Below, one piece after another: positions 9,294 to 18,920 of a DNA stretch of 64,000 bases (positions are counted from its first letter, which is position 1; every line of letters starts with the position of its first letter). The DNA comes from Candidatus Krumholzibacteriota bacterium (GTDB lineage: Bacteria; Krumholzibacteriota; Krumholzibacteriia; Krumholzibacteriales; Krumholzibacteriaceae), in NCBI GenBank assembly GCA_016933255.1, contig JAFGBF010000002.1:4772-68771 (forward strand), given 5' to 3'. Under the pieces are notes generated by a model that was not told the DNA's origin, did not search any database, and was given only the letters and a program-made list of their open reading frames with translations. The translations under genes were made by a program, and so were the position numbers.

Positions 9294-9986
9294 ATGCACT
9301 TGGCTAAGGCGTTTAAGGTTGTGTTGGCTGTAGTTGCTCTGATGCTTTTTTCGTCACTGGTTTTCGCGGATCATTGTCTCATTCTCTATCCCGCAGGCCC
9401 GTGCATCTATGAATACGACGAATCGGAGTACACCCTCATAGGCCCGGGCGATCCTGGCTATGACGCGTTATCCGAATTTTCGCTGGAGGGCGTTGTTCTC
9501 GTCGCTATAAAAGATGGCGCGATCGATGAGGCTATATACCAGGCACCGGAGCTCAGGGGCTTCCGCCCGTCGCGTGATGGCAAATTTGGATATGTCTTTG
9601 ACCTGACCGAGTTCACTCTTGTCGTCGACGGTTTTTCAGGGACCCCGACTACATATGAGAATATCCTGTTGATCTTCGACGGCTTTGTTCCCGCCGAATG
9701 CATCCCGACAGTATATTTTGACTATGAGCTTCTTACGAATTTTACTGTTCCGATAGGAGATCTTGTCGTATCTACTCCTACGGACTATGGAAACAATTAC
9801 TCCGATATTCTGACATTCGATGTCGTCTGGAGCGGTTGTTACGGACTCCATATATGGGCTTTCGCCGATGAGAATCATAATGGCCAGAGGGATGGAGGCG
9901 AATGTTTTACTGCCTACTCCCATGATATACTCGTCCCGGCTGAAGAAGCAAGTTGGGGTAAGATAAAAATTCTCGACCGGGACTAA
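9294..9986 (+). CDS. Hypothetical secreted protein
   Basis: The ATG at 9294 is preceded by TAAGGAGGAG, and a signal peptide (MHLAKAFKVVLAVVALMLFSSLVFA) follows. No domain is recognised. It is the first gene of a three-gene secreted-protein locus. Confidence 0.45.
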   Translation: MHLAKAFKVVLAVVALMLFSSLVFADHCLILYPAGPCIYEYDESEYTLIGPGDPGYDALSEFSLEGVVLVAIKDGAIDEAIYQAPELRGFRPSRDGKFGYVFDLTEFTLVVDGFSGTPTTYENILLIFDGFVPAECIPTVYFDYELLTNFTVPIGDLVVSTPTDYGNNYSDILTFDVVWSGCYGLHIWAFADENHNGQRDGGECFTAYSHDILVPAEEASWGKIKILDRD

Positions 9987-10204
9987 GTGCCGGGGGCAAA
10001 ATAATCCACATTCCGGGGGCTGTCTCTGCAGGCGGCCCCTTTGTCTTTAATAGTGCGATTTTTCCGCGCCAGCGATTTCGATCGGCCGGGTAAGCCCGAA
10101 ATAAATCAAACTTTTGCAAAGATGATGCGTATACTGTATATTATCTCCGTTTCAGGATAGTCGGCATTTCAGACGATTCGTGCTTTGCAGTCATGGAGTA
10201 GATC

Positions 10205-12709
10205 TTGTTGAATTGGCGGATCCGGCCTTTCATCTGTTTTTATATTTATTTGATCGCTGCCGCTCTGGTCTTTTGTCTTTCGGCCACGGGCGCGGCTTCG
10301 GACAGGTATGATCCCTTCGACTCCAAAGATTCCTTTCCGGATCTCACGCCGGTAATCGGCGGAGAATTCGTCCACAACATCGGCAATCTGCAGATGAACA
10401 TAACCAACTGGGGTTTTGTCGGATCGATGCCGAACAGTTCCCTTCCGATGCGCGACTCCCCTTCAGCTCAGTATCCCGCAGGGTCAGGGATCGAATATCT
10501 CTACGCAGCCGGGATCTGGGTCGGCGCAGTCAATGGCGGGATTCCTTTCGTCTCGACAGGTTATCCCGAGACGGAATTCCGTCCGACAAGCGATCCGAAA
10601 GATACGATCTACAGAACCAGGGAAGGAGATATCCGCGGAGGACACTTTCCCTCCCACGCGGATGACGACAACGACGGGTCGTGGGACGAAGATTTTCTTA
10701 ACGGGCACGATGATGACAGTGACGGCCTGATCGACGAGGATTTCGCGGCAAGAAGCGACCAGATGTTTTCCTGTGAATATTTCGATAATGTCCCGGCTAT
10801 TTCCCTGATCTGGCCCGAGCATGAACCGATGAAGATCAGGGTACGGCAGGAGAGCTATCAGTGGGGGGAAGACCTGATGAATGATTTCGTCGGTGTGAGG
10901 TACACGATCACGAATGTCGGGTTCAACTATCTTACAGGCGTCTATGTGGGAATATACGCAGACCTCGACGCAGGGGGCAGGGACAGGGGGACCTATTACA
11001 TGGATGACCAGGTCGCCTACTGGCAGGGAATACATTGCGCCCAGAAGGGATCCGCTGAATATCCGGTCAATCTGAAGATCGCCTATGTCTATGACGATAA
11101 CGGCGACGACGGATACACTACCGGTTATTTCGGGATCCTGTTCCTCGGGCACACGACTACGGTCAACGACAACAATGCTCCCCCCTATCCCTCCAAGATC
11201 GTAGCCGGCTTCCAGACGTTCAGGGGCCTTCAGCCGTATATTAACGGGGGAGACGCGACAAATGATTTTGAGAGATATGAACTCCTTTCCAGTTCCGGAT
11301 TCGATCCTGACACGGAGGATCCCGGTGACTACAGGATCCTTCTAAGCACGGGGCCGTTCAACTACCTCTCCCCGAGGATGTCTATATATGTCGATATCGC
11401 GTTCGTAGCAGGAAGCAGTTTCGAAGATATGCTGGACAACGCGGCAACCGCCCAGATCCTCTATGACGGATGCTGGTACGATCTCGACGGCGACCCTGAG
11501 ACGGGAGCGATCGGAAGAGAGAGCCCCGTAGTCGGTCCGATAGATGATTACGACCCTGATCCGTGCGACTCAGATGGTGAAAAATTCGATGTCGCCAAAT
11601 ACGACACGATGTGGTCCAACCTCGATTGTTATTATGAGAAATGGGCCATGAACTACAGCGGCTGTTACAGGCCGTACGGAGTCGAGCCGGAATACTACAT
11701 GACAGGTATCGGCGGAAGGGAATATCAGCTTCACTGGATAACAGGAGCAGCTCCGATTTCTCCCAATATGAGAGTCGTACCCGGTGATCATAAAGTATCG
11801 GTATACTGGGATGACTTAAGCGAGGTTTCCGTCGACGTGATGACCCTTGAACACGATTTCGAGGGTTATCAGGTATGGAGAGCTGATGAGTGGCACAGGC
11901 CCCTTGGTACCAGCGAGGAAAACGGGCCGAGCCATGATCTGTGGTCGCTTCTCGACACCCGGGATCTCATAAACGGGATAACTCCCGACAAAGGTTTCAT
12001 GGGGCCGCCGGAATCAGGCGGACTGGAATATGAACCTCTCCTGCATATTCCCGATCTTGACGATTACATCAGCAGCTTTGAAATGAGTCTTACTGAATAC
12101 CCCGATGATTCTATTCCCTGCCCTCCCGAACTGACATCAGCGGAATGCGATACGCTGGAAAGGCTCGTGCTGTACAAGCTGGGCCGTGAGGGCGGAAAAC
12201 GGTATTACAAATACACTGACTACTCGGCAAAGAACGGCATGCATTATTTCTATTCTGTCACGGCGTACGATCACGAGATCAAAAACGGCCTCCCCGTGGC
12301 ACACGGAAGGTATAATTCCCCCTCGGTTAACTTTGAATATGCCGTCCCGTATTCTTCTTCACAGACAAGCGATGAATACGATGAAGAAAAGATCTACGCG
12401 GTGCCAAACCCTGTGACAGCAGAAAGTATGGCTCCATGGACACTGGGCCCCGTCAACGACGACGCTTCGGGGCTGAAGGTCGAGATCCGAAACCTGCCGG
12501 CCTGCCTATCCACTCTCCGAATATTCACTCTATCCGGAGACCTGGTATATATAATTGACCATGACGGCAGATCTGGAAACGGGACAGTCGCGTGGAACCT
12601 TGTCTCCAGAAACGGACAGGACGTGACAAGCGGGGTTTATCTTTTTTCAGTCAAACCGCATGATCGGAAGTTTTCTCAAAAAGTCGGGAAATTCGTTGTT
12701 ATTCGTTAG
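10205..12709 (+). CDS. Large secreted protein with acidic Ca-binding-like repeats and a T9SS C-terminal sorting domain
   Basis: It has an N-terminal signal peptide, with TTG as the probable start. There are DxDxDG-type acidic repeats (DDDNDGSWDEDFLNGHDDDSDGLIDEDF). The last roughly 80 aa match the T9SS C-terminal-domain pattern (AVPNPV...IYxxxG.LV.....G..G..AWN.....G..V.SGVYLFSV...K....K). Confidence 0.6.
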   Translation: MLNWRIRPFICFYIYLIAAALVFCLSATGAASDRYDPFDSKDSFPDLTPVIGGEFVHNIGNLQMNITNWGFVGSMPNSSLPMRDSPSAQYPAGSGIEYLYAAGIWVGAVNGGIPFVSTGYPETEFRPTSDPKDTIYRTREGDIRGGHFPSHADDDNDGSWDEDFLNGHDDDSDGLIDEDFAARSDQMFSCEYFDNVPAISLIWPEHEPMKIRVRQESYQWGEDLMNDFVGVRYTITNVGFNYLTGVYVGIYADLDAGGRDRGTYYMDDQVAYWQGIHCAQKGSAEYPVNLKIAYVYDDNGDDGYTTGYFGILFLGHTTTVNDNNAPPYPSKIVAGFQTFRGLQPYINGGDATNDFERYELLSSSGFDPDTEDPGDYRILLSTGPFNYLSPRMSIYVDIAFVAGSSFEDMLDNAATAQILYDGCWYDLDGDPETGAIGRESPVVGPIDDYDPDPCDSDGEKFDVAKYDTMWSNLDCYYEKWAMNYSGCYRPYGVEPEYYMTGIGGREYQLHWITGAAPISPNMRVVPGDHKVSVYWDDLSEVSVDVMTLEHDFEGYQVWRADEWHRPLGTSEENGPSHDLWSLLDTRDLINGITPDKGFMGPPESGGLEYEPLLHIPDLDDYISSFEMSLTEYPDDSIPCPPELTSAECDTLERLVLYKLGREGGKRYYKYTDYSAKNGMHYFYSVTAYDHEIKNGLPVAHGRYNSPSVNFEYAVPYSSSQTSDEYDEEKIYAVPNPVTAESMAPWTLGPVNDDASGLKVEIRNLPACLSTLRIFTLSGDLVYIIDHDGRSGNGTVAWNLVSRNGQDVTSGVYLFSVKPHDRKFSQKVGKFVVIR

Positions 12710-12711
12710 GC

Positions 12712-14964
12712 ATGAAAAATAAAATGAGAAGACCGCAAAAACATAGAAGATTATTTATTGCCCTGATTCCTCTCCTTGCATGTACTGTTGCCGCCGCCGC
12801 GATAACAGGCTGCACGGAAAACACTGTCTATACCGGTAATATCGCCGAAAACCTGGCTCCCAACATCGAATTGACCAACGGCCCCATCGAAGGGGATTCG
12901 ATAGAATATCATGTTCATTTTTTCTGGTACGGCGATGACCCTGACGGAGAGATCGATCATTACGAGATAATATTGGTGGATGGCGACCCTGTCGGGTTTA
13001 ACCCTGCCGATACGGCTGGAAGCGAGAAATGGACATCCACGATATCAACCGACAGCCTCTTCACGACGACAGCAGACATATTTGATAACACGGTGACTAT
13101 CAATGAGGCTATTTATGCTGTTTTCGCCACGTATCACACACTTTTTATCAGAGCTATCGATGACCGCGGCGCCTCTTCTGAAGTCATATTAAGGTCGTTC
13201 AACGCCTGGACGCTCGCGCCCCATATAAATATTGATACCCCGCTGAACCCTCAGCCCGGATCGATGAACTATCTGAGCCCGCTGATAAAATTCACATGGT
13301 CCGGTAAAGATCCGATTGACAGCCCCTGGAATTATCAGGCGATCGATTCGGCGAGATACATGTGGATATCCTATTATCCCGGCATTGTAGACGATATAAA
13401 TCAGTTTCCTGAAAATTTCGAGGATGATTGGAAAAAGTGGTATTCCATAGATTGCGAGGGCGATTCAGGTATCTCCACTATCCTTGGAGATGACGAGATA
13501 ATTCCCGCAGGCCACCCGTATATAATCGCGGTCCAGGCCAAAGATGATGCCGGAGCAGTGTCGGCCGTATTCAACCTGGAGACCAATGTCAGGGCATTTA
13601 CAGTAAGGGTCCCTACTGGACCGTTTCTTACAGTGAACGAGACATACCTTGGAAGATTTAAATTTCTCGGCATCGATCTTGTGTCGGTCACAACAAAAGT
13701 CCCCCCCGGTTTCCAGATGAATTTTTCCTGGACGGCCGATGCCAGCGCGTACGGAGGCGTCGTTTCATCGTACAGGTATGGATGGGATATAGAAGACCTG
13801 AATGATCCGGCGGACTGGGCCGTATTCCCAAGTCCATATGTCAAGGCTGCTTTGCCGAAGACCTACTATTCCGGAATCCATACCCTCTATATCGAAACCG
13901 CGGACAATATGGGGATCAAGACCCTTGCCGTGATCGAAGTGACGATCATCCCGTCGAGTTTCGAGAAGGACCTTTTGTGGATAGACGATTTTCCATCCTC
14001 GGATTTTCAGCAGGTCTTCTACGCCTTTCCCACAGAATCGGAGCACGACGAGTTCTGGATGGATATATGCCTGCGCTCGGCTGCTTTTAACCCGTCAAGA
14101 GATGTATGGGACGTCTCGGAACATGAATTCCGCATCCCCCCGATGGATGTGGTATTCGACTACAAGAATATTATCTGGTCTTACAGTTCAACAAACGATC
14201 CGGTCGCCGGAAGCTCATGGACAAGGCTCGTCAAGTTTACGCCCGAAGAGATCTTTCCTCTCGAGGAGCGCATACTCAACTACATCCCGTTTTATCTCGC
14301 AGCCGGCGGTCATATCTGGTCGGAGGGTATGTCGGCAAGAACTGGAGGTATGGCCTCGTCCCTGTCGACATACCTTCAGATCTTCCCCAATTACCTGAAG
14401 TGTCACTCCGGGTATTACGCATACGGATGCGTCGATACTCTCGGGGTCCGATCGATGCCGTACAAAGATTATTGTGTCAGCGTCATCGACAAGGTCGAAG
14501 GAATATTCAGACTCGACCTTCCGTACTACAGGGATAAGTCACTCGACGGCTTGAGATCCAATAAACTGGAGACGAAGGATTATTTCTCTACCAGCATCGT
14601 GGGATTCCCTAAAAAACTCGAACTCTGGGAGGTCGTTACAAGGCCGGGGATGTTCTTTGACCCGGACATAAGGGGCTTTCACTATGCCGAGATCTATAAT
14701 CCTCTCTACGCCCTGATGATATTTGGGACACGCAGCCAGAGTTGTTTTCATCCGATATACAGGATGCAGGCGATAAGCGCGAGATCGGTGATCCATGACC
14801 AGCCCGTCGCCTTCTGGACGACAAAGCATATTGATGCAAGAGCATTGACTCCCGGTGCCGTATCGGCTCCCAGCGTTCATTTTGGATTGCCACTCTGGTT
14901 CTTCAGCCGGGCACAAGTCGATTCCATAGCCGATGCCATCTTCACCGTCTGGGATATCAAATGA
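12712..14964 (+). CDS. Large lipoprotein of unknown function with three repeated F.W.G.D..G.I..Y-type modules
   Basis: The signal peptide has a lipobox (LLACTVAAAAITGC). Internal repeats are VHFFWYGDDPDGEIDHYEI, FTWSGKDPIDSPWNYQ and MNFSWTADASAYGG. Only 3 nt separate it from the upstream gene. Confidence 0.5.
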   Translation: MKNKMRRPQKHRRLFIALIPLLACTVAAAAITGCTENTVYTGNIAENLAPNIELTNGPIEGDSIEYHVHFFWYGDDPDGEIDHYEIILVDGDPVGFNPADTAGSEKWTSTISTDSLFTTTADIFDNTVTINEAIYAVFATYHTLFIRAIDDRGASSEVILRSFNAWTLAPHINIDTPLNPQPGSMNYLSPLIKFTWSGKDPIDSPWNYQAIDSARYMWISYYPGIVDDINQFPENFEDDWKKWYSIDCEGDSGISTILGDDEIIPAGHPYIIAVQAKDDAGAVSAVFNLETNVRAFTVRVPTGPFLTVNETYLGRFKFLGIDLVSVTTKVPPGFQMNFSWTADASAYGGVVSSYRYGWDIEDLNDPADWAVFPSPYVKAALPKTYYSGIHTLYIETADNMGIKTLAVIEVTIIPSSFEKDLLWIDDFPSSDFQQVFYAFPTESEHDEFWMDICLRSAAFNPSRDVWDVSEHEFRIPPMDVVFDYKNIIWSYSSTNDPVAGSSWTRLVKFTPEEIFPLEERILNYIPFYLAAGGHIWSEGMSARTGGMASSLSTYLQIFPNYLKCHSGYYAYGCVDTLGVRSMPYKDYCVSVIDKVEGIFRLDLPYYRDKSLDGLRSNKLETKDYFSTSIVGFPKKLELWEVVTRPGMFFDPDIRGFHYAEIYNPLYALMIFGTRSQSCFHPIYRMQAISARSVIHDQPVAFWTTKHIDARALTPGAVSAPSVHFGLPLWFFSRAQVDSIADAIFTVWDIK

Positions 14965-15032
14965 AATGGCTTGACAGCCGTTCAAACCGCTGATACGATA
15001 CGGATCGCAATCATAGTTTCAGGCGCTCTATA

Positions 15033-15237
15033 TGATCAAAAGGGGAAGAGGGTGTGATTCCCTCACGGACCCGCCACTGTGATTGGCCTGTCCCGTGCCG
15101 CTGCTCTTGAAGCGGGCGTTAATACGCGATAGGCCATAAGTCAGGATACCTGCCTGAGACACACTTTGTCCCTGGACCTCTTCGAGGAATGAGAGGATAG
15201 GGAGAGGCTGACACCCCCTCCACCTTTTTTTCCAAAA
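15033..15237 (+). promoter_or_regulatory. Cobalamin (adenosylcobalamin/B12) riboswitch with a terminator expression platform
   Basis: The conserved core AAGGGGAAGAGGGTGTGATTCCCTCACGGACCCGCCACTGT is at 15037-15080. The B12 box AGTCAGGATACCTGCC is at 15139-15154. An intrinsic terminator follows: the stem GGAGAGG/CCCCTCC (15201-15221) plus a 7-T run (15225-15231), about 110 nt upstream of the receptor ATG. Confidence 0.8.
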
Positions 15238-15340
15238 AGGACCGGAGGGTTTTCTGTATCCCCCGGCCAAGAACTGGATCCTCTTTTGTTCTTCGATGAG
15301 ATTCTGCTTTGCGTTTCGGCTTCGGGCCGGTTGGAGCAGT

Positions 15341-17479
15341 ATGAAGGTGACTCGGAACAGACACCTCTTTTTGGCGGGGATCATCACGCTTTGCGCGATA
15401 CTTCTGTTTCCGCAAGCATGCAAAGGAAAAGGGGACAAAAACCGGCCGGACGGCGGCGCTAAAAAGAACGGGGCCCGGCTCAAAGAAGCCCCCCCAAAGA
15501 GCAGCTCGATTCCGGACACCCTCTTTTTTGCCCCCGAGATCATAGTCGAAGGCTTCTATATATCCCCTGAGAAAGAAATATTCAACCGAAGCGGCTTTGT
15601 CGGCTTGATAGAACTGAATAATAAAACGACCGCGATCGAGGATGCCGCCGATATCCTTTCCAGGACTGTCGGAGTCAAGGTCAACCAATACGGCGGCCTG
15701 GGTTCTTTCGCTACCATGTCGATACGGGGATCATCTTCGACGCAGGTGCAGGTCTATATAGACGGAGTCCCGCTGAATGACGCATATTCGGGGTTCACCG
15801 ACCTGTCTGACCTTTCCCTTGATGATATCGGAAAGATAGAAGTCTACCGGGGATTCAGCCCGACAGGGTTCGGAGCATCCTCTGTGGGCGGCACGGTAAA
15901 CCTTGTTCCAGGCTCCAGCCTGGCCGATGGAAAAGGAAAGGCCCCCGCTGCCCTGACAGCGTCGGCATCATCGGGTTCGTTCGGCACGAGGAAGTATTCC
16001 ACGGCATTCGATCTCAACAACTCCATTTTCAGTATGCACGCGCATGGCGGATATATGGAGAGCAGGGGAGATTTTTCATTCCTCGATGACAACGCGACGC
16101 CTGAGAACCTTCTCGATGACGAGATCGCCGCGCGTGAAAACAACGATTTTACGAAATGGAACATAGCCGGAAAACTTGATCTTGAAATGCCCGGGTTCAG
16201 GGCCTTATCGCTGAACCACAGCAGCGTGATCCGCGAGGGCGGCGTTCCCGGGATCGGGGCTGACCAGTCTTCCAGGGCGCGCCTGGAGCGCGATCGCCGA
16301 ATCTCATGGCTGAAGATCAAACCGGAGACCTGTTTTACGGGTTCGCTGCAGACAGACGCGACAGTCTTCTATTCCTCGACAGCCGAATCGTTCTTCGACC
16401 CGGGAGGAGAAATCGACCTCACCGTTCAAAAAACCGACAACAGGATCATATCTTTCGGAAGCAATCTGAAAACAGGATACGCCCCGGATTTTATGCCGCT
16501 GTCGATAGAGGCTTTTCTTGAGGGGAAAAAAGAAAGATTCCACCCCGTAGAATATCTGCCGATATACCAGAGCGGCCCCGACAGAAAGAGAGAGACACTG
16601 ACCTTTGCATCATCAGGCGACCTTTCTTTTTTCGATGAAAGGGTCATTGTCACGTACGGCCACCGGTGGGAATGGTATACAAGTGAATTCTATGATGAGC
16701 CTTTTTTCCCGTGGCTTCCGCCGACTCCTCTGGGGAAGATCTCGGGAAGGAAAGATTCGCCGGGAGCCGGCATGAGACTTCGGCCGTTTCAGTACCTTAC
16801 GATCAAAGGGAATATCGGCCGCTACTACAGGGTCCCGACATTCTTCGAGATGTTCGGCAATCTGGGCAGCGTCACGGGAGATTCCGGACTCAAACCGGAG
16901 AGCGGCCTCAACCGGGATATCGGGATCATCCTTTCGGCAGACAGATTCTGGGGGATCGGAAATCCCTTCCTCGAAGCCATATACCTCTACAACGAGATCG
17001 ACGACCTTATACTCTTCTTTCCCAATTCGCAATCGACCGTTAAGCCTGAAAACATCGGATCGGCGAGGATCAGGGGGATCGAACTTTCCACCGCCGGGAC
17101 TATTCCGGGATCGCTGAGGCTGTCGGGAAATTACTGCTGGCTGGAAAGCACCGACACGGGGCCGATACCGTATTATAACGGGAACAGCCTGCCGGCAAGA
17201 CCGGAGCATGAGACTTCCGCCGCGATAGAATACCTGGGGAAGATGTGGAGCGCCTCCTGGGAACTCCACTACACAGGGACGAATTTTCTCGACAGGGCGA
17301 ACGGTAAAATGGTGGACGGCCGGACGATCCATAATCTGAACCTCACTCTCAAGTCTGTCATTGAAGATATGACTTTAACTATAGAAGGACTGAATATCGG
17401 TGACGAGCGGGCCAGCGACGTGGCTGGGTTCCCTCTTCCCGGCAGGAGTTTTTACGTATCGGTCAGGTACCGGCTTTAG
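15341..17479 (+). CDS. TonB-dependent outer-membrane receptor (riboswitch-controlled, BtuB-like)
   Basis: It has a signal peptide and a plug domain (DAADILSRTVGVKVNQYGGLGSFATMSIRGSSSTQVQVYIDGVPLND), then a long beta-barrel. The true start is the ATG at 15341, after GGAG. Confidence 0.85.
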   Translation: MKVTRNRHLFLAGIITLCAILLFPQACKGKGDKNRPDGGAKKNGARLKEAPPKSSSIPDTLFFAPEIIVEGFYISPEKEIFNRSGFVGLIELNNKTTAIEDAADILSRTVGVKVNQYGGLGSFATMSIRGSSSTQVQVYIDGVPLNDAYSGFTDLSDLSLDDIGKIEVYRGFSPTGFGASSVGGTVNLVPGSSLADGKGKAPAALTASASSGSFGTRKYSTAFDLNNSIFSMHAHGGYMESRGDFSFLDDNATPENLLDDEIAARENNDFTKWNIAGKLDLEMPGFRALSLNHSSVIREGGVPGIGADQSSRARLERDRRISWLKIKPETCFTGSLQTDATVFYSSTAESFFDPGGEIDLTVQKTDNRIISFGSNLKTGYAPDFMPLSIEAFLEGKKERFHPVEYLPIYQSGPDRKRETLTFASSGDLSFFDERVIVTYGHRWEWYTSEFYDEPFFPWLPPTPLGKISGRKDSPGAGMRLRPFQYLTIKGNIGRYYRVPTFFEMFGNLGSVTGDSGLKPESGLNRDIGIILSADRFWGIGNPFLEAIYLYNEIDDLILFFPNSQSTVKPENIGSARIRGIELSTAGTIPGSLRLSGNYCWLESTDTGPIPYYNGNSLPARPEHETSAAIEYLGKMWSASWELHYTGTNFLDRANGKMVDGRTIHNLNLTLKSVIEDMTLTIEGLNIGDERASDVAGFPLPGRSFYVSVRYRL

Positions 17480-17490
17480 GGAGGCTTAGT

Positions 17491-18903
17491 ATGGTCCGAG
17501 ATCTGAAATCATTGGCGATCCTCACTCTTTCACTCTGCTGCACGGCAGCATTCGGCGTCGCCTCGCCCTCAGCGGCTGAATATGCGTTCATAACGACTTC
17601 AGACTACGAGACGGGATCGGCGGCCGAGATCCTGCTCGATAGTTCATATACCACTCACACGGATGTCGCAGATATCCACAGCGACGCAGTGGCCAGATGG
17701 TATAACGGGTTGATCTATGTCGTAAACAGAGGGGGCGACAATATTCAGGTCCTTGACCCTGAAGACGGATTTTCCACGCTGAGGCAGTATTCGACGGGAA
17801 ACGGGACAAATCCGCAGGACATAGCCTTTCGCTCGGAGACAAAGGCGTATATCTCGAGCTTCGACACTAACGAACTGCTCATAATGAACACCGTCACAGG
17901 GGAAATAACAGGCAGTATCGATCTTTCTTCATTCGCCGACAGTGATGGACTCTGCGAGATGGCATATATCTTTATCAAGCATGACATCCTGTTTGCCGCC
18001 ATTCAGAGGATCGACCGCAACAACTACTGGGGGCCGGTCGGCGACAGCTATATCGCGGTCGTTGACTGCGCCGCCGACACGCTGATAGATTGCGACCCGG
18101 TTACTCCCGGCCTGCAGTCGATAGCGCTTACCGGCACGAATCCATTCTCCGAGATCCGGTTCGATCCTGTTTCGCAAAAGCTGCATCTTTCCTGCGTCGG
18201 ATGGTGGGGGATGCAGGACGGCGGCATAGAGATCGTAAATCCATATACCTTTCAGTCTGAAGGGTACCTTTTGACCGAAGCTGCGGCGGGAGGAGATATC
18301 AACGACTTCGATATCCTGGGCGCCGAAAAAGGGTACGCGATCGTCACGAACTCGATTTTCCATACCGAGCTGATAAGTTTCGACCCGGCGGCCGGGATCA
18401 AGATAGCGACCCTCTATTCGCCTGGCGCCTATGTGATAAATGATATCGAGCTCTCGCCATACGGCGAGCTTTTCCTCGCCGATCAGACTCCGACAGATCC
18501 CGGGATCCGTATCTTCGACACCGGGACGGACTCCGAGATCACGTCATCTCCCCTATACACCGGGCTGCCTCCCTTCGACATCTGTTTCAGCATCCCATCG
18601 TACGCAGGCGCAGGCGAGACCCCGCCCGCGACATTCATCGGGCAGAACTATCCGAATCCCTTCAATCCGGCGACGACGATCCCTTTCTCTATCAGCAGGT
18701 CACAGGCGGTTAATATCGCGATCTATGACCCATCCGGCAGAAAGATCCGGGAACTCACATCGCGCTTCTATGAAGCGGGAACTCATAAAGTCGAGTGGGA
18801 CGGGAAAAACGATGGTGGCTGTCCCGCATCCAGCGGAATATATTTTGCGAGATTTTCAAGCGGCGGGTTCTCTGATTCGAAGAAGCTGATCCTTCTGAAG
18901 TAG
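17491..18903 (+). CDS. Secreted beta-propeller-like protein with a T9SS C-terminal domain (candidate surface B12-capture protein)
   Basis: It has a signal peptide and YVTN-like propeller motifs (YVVNRGGDNIQVLDPEDG, LFLADQTPTDPGIRIFDTG). The canonical T9SS tail is GQNYPNPFNPATTIPFSI...IAIYDPSGRKIREL...HKVEWDGKNDGGCPASSGIYFARF...KKLILLK. It starts 12 nt after the receptor stop. Confidence 0.55.
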   Translation: MVRDLKSLAILTLSLCCTAAFGVASPSAAEYAFITTSDYETGSAAEILLDSSYTTHTDVADIHSDAVARWYNGLIYVVNRGGDNIQVLDPEDGFSTLRQYSTGNGTNPQDIAFRSETKAYISSFDTNELLIMNTVTGEITGSIDLSSFADSDGLCEMAYIFIKHDILFAAIQRIDRNNYWGPVGDSYIAVVDCAADTLIDCDPVTPGLQSIALTGTNPFSEIRFDPVSQKLHLSCVGWWGMQDGGIEIVNPYTFQSEGYLLTEAAAGGDINDFDILGAEKGYAIVTNSIFHTELISFDPAAGIKIATLYSPGAYVINDIELSPYGELFLADQTPTDPGIRIFDTGTDSEITSSPLYTGLPPFDICFSIPSYAGAGETPPATFIGQNYPNPFNPATTIPFSISRSQAVNIAIYDPSGRKIRELTSRFYEAGTHKVEWDGKNDGGCPASSGIYFARFSSGGFSDSKKLILLK

Positions 18904-18920
18904 GATTTCCAGAGAACAGG

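Noticed and set aside
10484-11152. A 222 aa minus-strand ORF inside the 834 aa secreted-protein gene
   Set aside because: It lies antisense to a long ORF with a signal peptide and a T9SS C-terminal domain, and it has no start context or motifs.
15119-15688. A 189 aa minus-strand ORF spanning the riboswitch and the receptor start
   Set aside because: The region contains conserved cobalamin-riboswitch primary sequence and a terminator. The ORF is an artefact.
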